Below, one piece after another: positions 45,201 to 53,600 of a DNA stretch of 58,605 nt. Source of the stretch: Trichomonas gallinae (Eukaryota); NCBI GenBank assembly GCA_008369845.1, contig MRSU01000520.1:1-58605 (forward strand). Reading direction: 5' to 3'. Numbering within the stretch: position 1 is the stretch's first letter; the number at the start of each line of letters is the position of its first letter. The notes beneath the pieces were generated by a model that was not told the DNA's origin, did not search any database, and was given only the letters and a program-made list of their open reading frames with translations. The position numbers and the translations under genes were made by a program.

Positions 45201-48200
45201 CCACTTATTAAAGAATCTTCTCCTCCTGAATATGATGCTGCAATTTGATCTTCAATTAGAATCCTTGGTTGTTGTTTGATTGTTATTTCGATTGTTTTGT
45301 CTTGTGATGAAGAATCTGTTGAATCTCTTGTTTGGAAAATCAAAACATATTTTCCATCAACTTTAGGAGACTCAATTTCATGAATGAAAGAAGTATTTGT
45401 TGTTGCATTGATATTGTCATGAATTGTTACGAATTCTGAATCATTTGTTTTCATTAAAACTTTAACCAAATCATCAGCATCTTTGTCGAAAACCGAGATA
45501 TTGAATTTGATTGTTTCATAGAATCCGAAGACATTCTTTGTTCCAACGAGGAAAACATCCATCTCTGGAGCATGTTTATCAATGTAATCAAATGTGCAAA
45601 CAACCTCATCTGTTTTGATGTTGTATTCATCAATGAGATAAAAGTACAATGTGTGCTGTCCTCCTTTGAAATAATCACGTGGAATTTGAATTTGTCTGTG
45701 AACGGCAAGATTTGTGTTTCTTATCGGTATCCATTCTTTGATGCTACTCCATTCTCTTCTATCAAATTTGTAGTAAATCATGACCTGTGTATCATCAAAT
45801 ATTGTTAGGTCAAGATTGATATATTCGTTGCTCGAATATTCATCTTTTATATCTTCCATTGAGACGATTTTTGGAGGCAGATTTGTTGTTGTGTAAAGTA
45901 TAACTCTTTGACCAGAAATTCCATTTGAATCTTTGGAATAAATATATATACTGTTTCTTCTGCTATATGTTGGTAAAGTTAATTCAAATTTCATGATGTC
46001 TGATTTGTAATCAGGATTAATTATTGGATTGATTTGTGGATAAATTAAAGCGTCATTGTTATTCTTGTAGGAGATATTGATAGAATTTCCTATTTCAAAG
46101 TCTCCAACGAAGAAAGAAATGTTGACTTTTGTTCCTGGTTCATACATTGCATCAAGTTCTGTTAGTAAAATTAAAACAGGCGTTTGAACGACTTTAATCG
46201 TGAACTTTCTTTCTCCTGATGTTGAATCATCATCCATTGCATAGAATATAATGTTATGTGTAGTGTTTTCCTTTGGATATTCGTACGTATAAATGAAGTT
46301 CTGCCACTGATTGATTGATGAAATATTTTCAATATTTACTGCATCATTTTCGTCAATTTTTGCAAATATTCTGATGTTGTCGCCAAAGTTTCTGTCTCTT
46401 ACACTAATGTTGAATTGAGCTTTCTCATGGAAATAATAGATGTCTCTATTTAGAATTCTCGACACCTCTATTTCAGGAGCTCTTAAGGAAACATAATCGA
46501 ATTCATGGACAATAATTGTTTGAGTGACATCTTTGTTATCTTTCAGCCAAATCGTTAACGTATGAAGTCCAAGTGTAAAGATTTTCTCTGCTGTTGGAAT
46601 CTGGTATGATACTGTTTTATTTTGACCATTGCATGTTTCAGTCGGAAAGTTTCCTGATGGACCATTTCCATCATATTGCCAGTAAACTGCAACTTTCTCG
46701 TTATCTGTTATTGTCAACTCTAAGAAAATGACTTCACCTTGTGAATATTGAGGATCTAGTGGTTTCAAATCGTAAAACTGTGGTCTTCTGTTGATGTTAA
46801 TTGTTCCCGTCTTCTCTGAACATGAATGACTAACACTCGTTGCCCATATTCTATATTGTTGATTCCCTAAAATATCAGGGCAAACTACTTGGAAATTATA
46901 ATTGATTGTATATGATGAAGTTAAAATAACAATTGGTAATAAACTGTCATCTATTTGTTGGGAACCAATAACTAAATGAATTTGGACTTCTTCCCCTTCA
47001 TTGAAGTCATATATTGTTCCTTTGAATGTCATATTATCTCCAATGACTCCATTCGATGGTGCTGATGAAACAGTTAATGTCGGAGATTGGGATATAGTAA
47101 AGGTAAATGAATAGTTTTGCGAGCAAACATTTCTGTTATCACAAGCTTTACTAATAACAGTATGTTGCCCATTAACTTTCGGTGGATAAAGATTCTTATA
47201 AAAAGAATGATATGATGTCGAACTTGTATATTGATATAAGGTTGTGAAGTTTTCATCATCATCAAATAAGTATGAAACCGTAACAATATCTCTATTATCT
47301 CTATCCAAAACATAATAATAAACATCTTTCAAGTAATCTTTGAAGTTCAAATTCTTTTGATTCCTATAATCAACACTAAATTCCATGATACTATAATCAG
47401 CAATCGCGAAAGAAACGTTGATGTTTTCTGCTGACATTCCATTGAACTCATCTCGAACCCAAAACAAAACTGTATGATTGCCACTCTTTAATCCCATATC
47501 AGGAAGATTTATTGATTTTGATCCATTGACTACTTTATTATTAGATGTTATATATCCTGATAATTCGCCTGTTCTTCCGTTGTCGAATTTGTAATTTAGA
47601 GCAGCTTTCGTGTCATCAATAAGTTCGGCAATCACATTCATTGCAACGCCTTTAAGGTACAATTCTTCTATATTGTAAATGTTGAATAATTGTGGAGGAT
47701 TATTTGTGGTAATTGTAACTGATGAGTAACTGCTGGATGATGATGAACCAGCTGGCTTGCAATAGATTCTATAATCCGTGCGCTTTGATGCATTCGGCCA
47801 ATTGATTTCGAATGTGAATGGTTCTATGGAGTAGTACTGATCCATTGTTTGCTTTGGAATTGGAGCAGCATATTCTTTGTTATCGAACCAGTAATATATT
47901 GTAACTTCTGTTCCTGGGTCGTAATCATAGCAAACGGCAGATAAATTGACAGCTGTGTTCCATGGATAATATTGATCATAATTTGTTACAGTGTAAAAGC
48001 ATTGTGTATTCCTCCTGCAATAATAGTTATAAGAAATATATTCAGTTGTTACTCCGTTCTGGTCTTTGATGAAGAAATACTCCCAAATATCATCTTTGTT
48101 GATTGGCTGAACAGGAAAAGTATAAGTGTATTCTATTTGTGTTCCATTGTAAGTGAAGTTCTCGACGAGAATTGGTTCTGCAGTAATAGATCGTCTATGG

Positions 48201-49525
48201 TATAAAGACAAATAATCGTCAACAACACCACCAGCAATTTTGAATGTTAACGAGATATTGTGATGATAGTTATATGATCCTTTTGATGGAGACTTCTTGT
48301 AAGCGAAATATGCCTTTTGTCTGTTCATGACTTCTATTTGGTATATTGTATCATTAGAATAAACACCATAATCATCTTTCGCCCTAATAGAAATGTTGTG
48401 GATTCCATCTTGAATGCTTGACGGAAGGTTGAATGTTTTACTGGAGTTCTTCTCTTTATTATTGCATGTGAACATATCTGAAACAGACTCTGGTTCATTA
48501 TCGAATTTGAAAACCAATGCAGCAGATCTATCATCCCAAATTGTGAAGTCAAACATCACTGCTGAGCCTACATAATAGACTGGATTAATTTCTGTCAAAA
48601 CTGTGACATATGGTCTTGCCGTTGCTGGGAAATACACTCTATAGACATCAGCTAGCATTGAATTTGTTCCAGTTGTCCAGAATCCTGCCTCATAATTTTT
48701 AACAGCATTCGGGAGATAAAACGTGTAGTTGAATTCTGTCGAATTTGATTCTTCAGTAACAACAAAACTTCCCAATTGAATAGGATTTCCGTCTTCAAAT
48801 TTGCAAAATACTTCCACTTGCTGGCCAACAAATACACCTTCTGCTCGTCCTGCAACGTAAACTTCATCGTTTGGATCAAATCTGTCATTTAGTTCGTTGG
48901 TGAAAACAATAATTGGTGGAATTTTTTGTGGAATAGTTGTGAATTTTATGCGGAAATGGATTGTTGAGTCTATATCAAGCATCTTGTTTAGGTATCCTAT
49001 TTGATAATGTGCCTGGTATGGGCTAATCTGATAAGGGACGGTAGTATTTAGACCAAATGAATCTCCACTTCCAACATAAAATGTATCAGGGTTCATTCCT
49101 TCTTCGCCGCGAACTACTGTAAGTACACCTGTATTGGTACCTTTAATGTAGTGGACAACACCTTGAAGATTTCCATAAAATTCGACTTGGTTATTGTAAT
49201 TTTCGCTCATTCTATTCCAGAAATGGTGTTCGAAGTCAATTCTTTTTGCTGATGTTCCATTATTTGAAATATAAAAATCAAAATACATCGCATTTTCATT
49301 TTCTGGATAGTATGGTATCATTTTGGCATAAATTCCTTGAGTAAAAACTCCATCGATAAGATTTCCAAGTGTTAATACGTTTCCATTGTTAATTTTCATT
49401 CGGGCTCTTTGATATCCGAAGTAATAATTCTTGTAATAAGCCAAGCAGAAGACTTCACTATCTTTCTCCCTCGGGTTGATTCGAAAATCATTTGATTTGC
49501 ACAAGTATATGAGCCAAAAGAGCAT
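39206..49525 (-). CDS. Giant Bap-like Ig-repeat type I membrane surface protein (3439 aa)
   Basis: Signal MLFWLIYLC, about 30 beta-sandwich-like repeats of roughly 100 aa, Pro-rich stalk, TM IWPIVVGCIVFVILLAIIIVIIVY followed by KRRK, acidic tail with NENPLF and DDPFHDDFEE. Confidence 0.93.
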   Translation of the reverse strand: MLFWLIYLCKSNDFRINPREKDSEVFCLAYYKNYYFGYQRARMKINNGNVLTLGNLIDGVFTQGIYAKMIPYYPENENAMYFDFYISNNGTSAKRIDFEHHFWNRMSENYNNQVEFYGNLQGVVHYIKGTNTGVLTVVRGEEGMNPDTFYVGSGDSFGLNTTVPYQISPYQAHYQIGYLNKMLDIDSTIHFRIKFTTIPQKIPPIIVFTNELNDRFDPNDEVYVAGRAEGVFVGQQVEVFCKFEDGNPIQLGSFVVTEESNSTEFNYTFYLPNAVKNYEAGFWTTGTNSMLADVYRVYFPATARPYVTVLTEINPVYYVGSAVMFDFTIWDDRSAALVFKFDNEPESVSDMFTCNNKEKNSSKTFNLPSSIQDGIHNISIRAKDDYGVYSNDTIYQIEVMNRQKAYFAYKKSPSKGSYNYHHNISLTFKIAGGVVDDYLSLYHRRSITAEPILVENFTYNGTQIEYTYTFPVQPINKDDIWEYFFIKDQNGVTTEYISYNYYCRRNTQCFYTVTNYDQYYPWNTAVNLSAVCYDYDPGTEVTIYYWFDNKEYAAPIPKQTMDQYYSIEPFTFEINWPNASKRTDYRIYCKPAGSSSSSSYSSVTITTNNPPQLFNIYNIEELYLKGVAMNVIAELIDDTKAALNYKFDNGRTGELSGYITSNNKVVNGSKSINLPDMGLKSGNHTVLFWVRDEFNGMSAENINVSFAIADYSIMEFSVDYRNQKNLNFKDYLKDVYYYVLDRDNRDIVTVSYLFDDDENFTTLYQYTSSTSYHSFYKNLYPPKVNGQHTVISKACDNRNVCSQNYSFTFTISQSPTLTVSSAPSNGVIGDNMTFKGTIYDFNEGEEVQIHLVIGSQQIDDSLLPIVILTSSYTINYNFQVVCPDILGNQQYRIWATSVSHSCSEKTGTININRRPQFYDLKPLDPQYSQGEVIFLELTITDNEKVAVYWQYDGNGPSGNFPTETCNGQNKTVSYQIPTAEKIFTLGLHTLTIWLKDNKDVTQTIIVHEFDYVSLRAPEIEVSRILNRDIYYFHEKAQFNISVRDRNFGDNIRIFAKIDENDAVNIENISSINQWQNFIYTYEYPKENTTHNIIFYAMDDDSTSGERKFTIKVVQTPVLILLTELDAMYEPGTKVNISFFVGDFEIGNSINISYKNNNDALIYPQINPIINPDYKSDIMKFELTLPTYSRRNSIYIYSKDSNGISGQRVILYTTTNLPPKIVSMEDIKDEYSSNEYINLDLTIFDDTQVMIYYKFDRREWSSIKEWIPIRNTNLAVHRQIQIPRDYFKGGQHTLYFYLIDEYNIKTDEVVCTFDYIDKHAPEMDVFLVGTKNVFGFYETIKFNISVFDKDADDLVKVLMKTNDSEFVTIHDNINATTNTSFIHEIESPKVDGKYVLIFQTRDSTDSSSQDKTIEITIKQQPRILIEDQIAASYSGGEDSLISGYVVDFDINMNVQVFYTINQGNRVYATSLLQMKENYYTDMFNFTIPIPNKVGVYSIVIYAEDDRNKRSESVRYVTTVNVPPRIENIEDLKPVYYSNGYIEFNATVFDDSKSKIVYKFDQEKEVEIDENIDILGKTMSIRKQIKIPENMNVGSHSITFFLRDIYKVESNSITKNFEFAEGHVPILNVTNTNQKQFYKFHEEITFKGSIQDFDDNDHSYVYYELDNNGENIPVADFPSTGEIHNFTYSLKTPTTNGDHVIIFKARDESGAEAGEHKFTFKVQRSPQVIFTSKLEAQYLPNSTIFFSGYLVDFDPDSSVQLYYRINSGIVYYATLPLKTFENYTSEYFEFNATLPTSVGRQYLYVWADNGAGIVTRTETLSLITNKPPNIVEWKKIKDSYSISEFIEFEGFVGDDSSCWFYYYFDNGKHKKLNEKLTIKDDAFPLLKQIPIEDVEIGHHNITVYFKDEYGLNSNEITYEFDFKDKHAPEIVLNALPKRGDYKFYESITFSGSVRDLDEGDTVMVGFKIGSSQLKIIYDSESDGKWHDFSYTMRVPQGDADYVIRVVAVDQTGAKSEELNLNFRVSQKPVVNILSKFEKSYSPGENVSVSCNLLDFNSNSTVFLYYSLDGDGKNFVSEVTMFENMTSPVIDFGVELPNKMQDHYLIMWVENELSHVICPYNENYIIVSIKPTMNVTNEVATKIYKHQFIEVDVEVYDDTDVYVYYAFDDMPEKRISGKIQSFYEIESRILQIEVLENSLTVGSHVLHIFCRDEFGKKSDVIDYNVEYFDNRNPPTLNVDYKLKSYTYGFFENIDVKFNVIDTNLNDEITLYMKFNFDKYILIHNFTSTGESYVFPYTIQNPLQDGFHTVSLVAINQDNISSKVVLFEFEVRRYPGVELTKNLKVNYKTDEAITVSGYAVDYDPYTYLDVYYKLDNNEKVRTDRLIVQSNFKTEEFSITLDPPSDVNIHTVTVWLEKLDGKQVFSITGNFIVNSKPEISMITPLNDVYYNNDHISLDFNATDNTVAKICYNFDGNSQKCLVNEGIFYKKQKSYHFQIKTDNSYLNPGPHVFNLYAIDEFGEKSNVLTHEFNFEISDAPDLLIDSIYRSDVYNFYENITVKGRARDRNTGDKIKIFYRFNFSEYVEIAEVVGDGEWQEFSGSIRVPQNNASYFITIHAQDNNGARSVETRHDFKVQFKPCIKLLNSIQNSYMPGDNVTIQGFAGDFEEGKVLKLYYQLKEKDSIRKVETVTEQLIGEYSVLSNMTTGLFSFNIDIPETVTPQSFKIWAKYEDKVVASLDKGYSVINIRPRMKIMNKVKQDYYNRGFIDLEVSIWDNTRVQLWYCIDGGREINLTEMIESNGVEQEVSVQIELPPNYYGFGNHRLFIFVRDEHGAESADKIYDFVLKDQNAPDMEILSVTKKEQYEYYDVMVLEGRVRDLDKGDRIFVNLQINKGGYTEIFSTIATGDWQNFSYTFNVPKNDGLHIVTFQAQDVWQAASRKQRYNVKVRRTRGISMRTTFPRYYEIHEHVHVGGYVVGYGAERKIRVGYRYAHQTMNSRFYIDITTIHNSISDVEFVKNLPLPTKKVDDLIIEVVDENETVLDSFNQTIIVNQKPNFTIRNELSSKFAGDAFIGLDINLTDDTKAYMIYKIDDGDEVNLTELIRLNGLHKMIRNHIEIPQGSITFKKHDITLIAVDEYGLRSDPYTHSFYYYNFNSPELNVDDFEKTNYSSDETIKANCVVTDLDPEDDLYVDMRFDFEEFKQIHYCNGLNRSLCSRFNYSFNIPFKEGTHDIVFRAKDGKNATSKDVVKTIDVYTIPPPISPARSPVPKPYPSRLPPDFKGPTTFIIQKTWVPTIVTDNNGNPYTSWTESDTTYNIELVRSSGDPNIVINDNDGFPKNLIWPIVVGCIVFVILLAIIIVIIVYKRRKEDESSAEVDIQVEPATETVQLGTTDNGGITNENPLFTKTGGEDDPFHDDFEEENDIPQASDSIEDEDVDVDDNDVVL

Positions 49526-50547
49526 GATAAAAAATTAAATCAACTTCTCAATTTTACCAATCAAAATTTATCGAATAATATTAATGTATATAATATAATA
49601 ATCAAAAATACCGATAATGAAAATTTTCAATAAAAATAACAAATATTTTATATAAACATCTATAATATCATAATAAAGGATTGAGTTCGATCTCAAAATA
49701 ATTAATTGAGACTCTTTCAATATTGATTGCTCTCCAAATGAATATTTAATCATAACATGTTGTATAGTATTATTTGACAAGAAATTATTATAAATTTCGA
49801 TTGAAAATATTCAGATTAAATTTGAATAAATACTTTTTCAACATGAATCATTTTTCCAGAGATATTTTGCATAAGCAGATGATACTACTGATACATGATG
49901 AGCTGTAAACAACCAGCAACGTTTCCAGTAAAGGCAATTTTACTTGATGACACTAGTAATCTATTTGTACACGACATTACACGCATAAATTTCAACAAAT
50001 TTTATAAATTTGACCATTATTCAAATGATCAGATTGAATTTTAACAGAGCTAATACTTCTGTATATGATAATAATGTTATACAAAACATTTATAATTTAA
50101 TCATAATGGAATATGGAAATAACAGTCCATATTTCAAGTTTGAAATTTATTGATATATAAATAATTTCGGCTTGTCATTGAAATATGTTCAATAGCTTGT
50201 GGTAATGTATTGTTTGTATCATCATGATTCAATTTTAAAGATATGCAAAGAATTATAAATATCATATCTATTAGTTAACACATCATATGATATGAAATAA
50301 ATACAAACATACTTTCAATATTTAATATTCCCAATATCCCAATACACAAAATGAATTTTGAAAACAATATTAACATATTGCTTTTTAAATTAAACCATTT
50401 ATTTGAGATCCTATCAATTGAGCTTATTTTGTCTATTTTTTACGACTCGAAAAAATTTCTAAATAAAACTTGGCATGTAAAATCAAAAAATGTTATGTAA
50501 AAATACTCATTTTGTCGTGTAAATTGTCAAAATATCAAAAATTGAAG

Positions 50548-51428
50548 ATGATTTCTTTCTTGTTCATTTCTTCTAAATCCAGTCAATATCAAGACTTGAT
50601 TTTGAAGGCAAAAAGCAATGCAAACAGAAAGATGTTGCGTGCTTCACAAAATATTCAGAAATTAGACGATATTCAGCCAGGAACTTATTCGAACAACGGA
50701 TTTACGTACACATTAAGATATCCTGTCACCGGTGATTTATCATCAGACATTCTGGGATATGCTATGGAAAATTCAACGCTTGCTATTGTTAAAAAATCAG
50801 CAGAAACAACAAAATTAAATAAAGTTTTCTCAAATTCAGCTTCTCAAAAGGTATACAGACTCAAATCAGTATTAGAAACAGAAAATAACGTTGATGTTTA
50901 TCAAGTTGAAAAGATAGAGCCACTTGATTTAATTTCAAATCTCAAATACAACGCTTCAAAGGACTCAATGTTCAAAAAGGAAATAAATACATCATTCAGA
51001 TGGTCGCCAAATGATGATCCTTATGTTCTCGGCAAGCCTGAATATTCTTATTCAGTTGATACAATAAATATTGGTGCTGGTGCTTATATTTCATCGAATG
51101 TATTGCTTGATTTCGATCTCTCGCTTAAATCTATGTCACTTACTGCTGCTTTTCGTACAAAAGTGATTTTCGGCGCAATTCTCAATGTTTCTGAATATAG
51201 ATTTTTCAAAGAACAAATCAATTCAATTTCGCATTCGATAAAGAAAAATGTTCAGCTCCTTATTTATATGGAAGCATCACACCATCAATTAAAGCTCTTT
51301 TCACATTTGATGGATTCAAAGCACTTGGATACCAAGTTGTTAAGCCAATTGGAAAGTTATGGAATGTAATGGAGCCAAACAAATCAATGATGTGTTTAGT
51401 CCCTGCTAAAGTCAACGATGAACTATAA
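50548..51428 (+). pseudogene. Secreted-protein gene with probable internal deletion/frameshift near 51200-51230
   Basis: Signal-like MISFLFISS. The main frame ends at 51369 in odd-looking sequence, while an overlapping frame (51201-51428) reads NFAFDKEKCSAPYLYGSITPSIKALFTFDG...CLVPAKVNDEL*. Confidence 0.55.
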
Positions 51429-51685
51429 AATTCATGTTATTTAAACAATTTCTTTAAATTAAATTTTGTTAATTTATATATATTACAAAATCAGATATTC
51501 TATTAATATTTATAAAAAAGAGATAAAATTTTAAAGAAAAAAGGGAAAGAAAAGAGAAAATTGAAAAAGAAATAAAATAATATACAAATTGCTTAGATAT
51601 GAAGGTGATGATGATACCATATCTACACTGACAGGTCTAGTTGCATTATCATCGCTGGATGTTTGAATCATTTTCTTAATTAATA

Positions 51686-51900
51686 AAAATTGAGTTTGAC
51701 CGAAAATTCAAAGGTATATATGCTTATCATATGTTTGTAAAATGTGTATAAAGCTTTGAAGAGCGAAAATAGCATATTAATTTTTTGAATTATTCAAAAA
51801 TGAGTTTCATCGAAAAATTAAAGTTTTGCATAGCTTTTGCATGATTACAAATAATATATAAAGACTTGAAGAGTAAAAAGAGCAAAATAATTTTTTCTAA
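51686..51900. repeat. Degenerate 110-bp-period tandem duplication
   Basis: TGAGTTT..CGAAAA at 51691 and 51801; TATAAAG..TTGAAGAG at 51747 and 51857; each copy ends AGCA...AATTTTTT. Confidence 0.7.
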
Positions 51901-51962
51901 AGATAAAAATTTGATTTCAACAAGAAGCAATTTAAAATATATCAAAAAGAGGTTAAATAAAA

Positions 51963-53111
51963 TTACTGTGATGAGGTCATCATCTTGAATTCCTGATGAA
52001 ATTCCGAGATAGAGATTTTGTCGCGTCCTTCACGCTGAGCAACAGAATCAAATATCTGGTTGGCTTCTTCTTCCTTAAGAGCGAGAGCCTTGACCATAAC
52101 AGGTACAATATGCGCTCTATCGCGGAGAAGTAAGAAATCTTCATCAGAAAGGCCAAGCGCGACATATCTGCCTGGACCGCGGAGTGGGTTCGGGAATGGG
52201 TTCGGTTTCGTCCTAATACCGAATGTCATTCCTTGTGGAACCTCTCTTTCTCTCATCGACTCTGTAGGACCTCTAGCGTCCATGAGACCCATGCCTCTGA
52301 TCGTGTCTCCGACTGTAAACTCAATAGCTTGTGTTGATAAGCCCGCTGGCGGCCTCTGTGCTGGATCTCTTGTTCCGTGAAGCTGATCTGCTGTCATTGT
52401 GCGCATTGTTGTGCGCGTCCATGGTTCTACTGGGTCCGGGTCTGGGACAATCTGGTTATTATCAGCGCGATCGACTGGTAACGGAACGAGATTTGTGTCG
52501 TTAGCGTTCATATTCATTACTTCGTTTAAATGATCGATGTTTCCCTCTCCTCTAATGCCGAATGTGTGTGTTCTGAGATTGATTTTTGATGCTTCCCAGT
52601 TATAATTTCTTTTTGTTTGATATCCAGGCGTAAGTGTGATATCATTAGGAATGTCGCAATATGTGCCCTGAATTACTTGACCAGCTGTCTCACCGAAGCG
52701 TGTATTGATACCGAAACCGCGTTCGTAAAGTTCATCTGGAATATTTGCAATTCCGTCAGGCGTTTGACCGAGTTTTTGTTTGCTGCGATGATATCCTTTT
52801 TCTTGTGCTTCTACGTATTTCATGTGAGCAAGAGATTCGTGCTCTGGTTCCATTTTAAGACAATCGGCAGTTGTGAAGTTCTTTGAGCCACTGCTGACAC
52901 CAAACACGAGGTTTGATGGGAGAGGTGGGTCGAGGACGCCGTGAGTATGAAGGGGATGGCCTGGATCACCTAATCTCTGATTTCGATAAGCGAGCTGAAC
53001 ATCAGGGCCCTTAAAATCGACTTCATCTTTAAAGCATTCACCTACACCAGTGCCGCCACTGGTTCTAATGCCAGCTGGAGGAACATCTCTAGTGTAAAAG
53101 CGTGGGTACAT
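51963..53111 (-). CDS. EFHB: EFHB/CFAP21-like axonemal protein
   Basis: Repeated (F/H)G(V/I)xS/T motifs, TTADCL, TPGYQTKRNYNW and C-terminal LGLSDEDFLLLR...EF-hand-like ISISEF; ATG 53111 is preceded by AAAGTGAC. Confidence 0.7.
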   Translation of the reverse strand: MYPRFYTRDVPPAGIRTSGGTGVGECFKDEVDFKGPDVQLAYRNQRLGDPGHPLHTHGVLDPPLPSNLVFGVSSGSKNFTTADCLKMEPEHESLAHMKYVEAQEKGYHRSKQKLGQTPDGIANIPDELYERGFGINTRFGETAGQVIQGTYCDIPNDITLTPGYQTKRNYNWEASKINLRTHTFGIRGEGNIDHLNEVMNMNANDTNLVPLPVDRADNNQIVPDPDPVEPWTRTTMRTMTADQLHGTRDPAQRPPAGLSTQAIEFTVGDTIRGMGLMDARGPTESMREREVPQGMTFGIRTKPNPFPNPLRGPGRYVALGLSDEDFLLLRDRAHIVPVMVKALALKEEEANQIFDSVAQREGRDKISISEFHQEFKMMTSSQ

Positions 53112-53130
53112 TAAAAGTAACGGACAAATT

Positions 53131-53138
53131 GTCACTTT
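53131..53138 (-). promoter_or_regulatory. AAAGTGAC (M2) motif upstream of the EFHB-like gene
   Basis: GTCACTTT on the + strand, 20 nt upstream of the minus-strand ATG at 53111. Confidence 0.55.
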
Positions 53139-53600
53139 TAGGAATTATCTCGTTGTAATAAAAACTCAATTTTATCATCATTTTCTATGATTATCATTGT
53201 TTTTATTGCCAAATACTTCAAAAATTTACCAAAATATCAACATTTTAAAATTTCGAAAAATTATCTCAAAATTAAGCACTCTCTATATGAAATTATTAAT
53301 ATCTATAATATATTAAATAATTTCCAATCATTATTTTGTCATAATATTATTAAAAATCAAAAATCAATAATTTTGAAGCTTCATCTATATTTTTGTCACA
53401 CAAACACATTCTTTTAGAATAATATATTCTAAATTTATTATAAATAGATTCTGAAATCTTTTATCATATATATTTTGTTAGCTAGAATGATTTTTGACAT
53501 TTGACACATTACTTGTCAAAATTATATTTATAATATGCTATAGATCTCTTTATGTATAATTATTAAGCCAAGTTGATTTAGAAAAAAAGAAAATATATTA

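Noticed and set aside
49568..49780. Short AT-rich ORFs (49568, 53187, 58244, 58374, 28309, 6625, 17580)
   Set aside because: I/F/K/N-rich composition typical of chance ORFs in very AT-rich intergenic DNA; no recognisable motifs.
49860..50045. Coding-like scrap (KAILLDDT...FYKFD) upstream of the giant surface gene
   Set aside because: Only two short words resemble the Bap-like module, with wrong spacing; not enough to call.
51605..51660. GTGATGA...CTGA hairpin resembling a box C/D snoRNA
   Set aside because: No terminal D box at a suitable distance and no rRNA guide I can identify; the pairing arises from simple GAT/ATC repeats.
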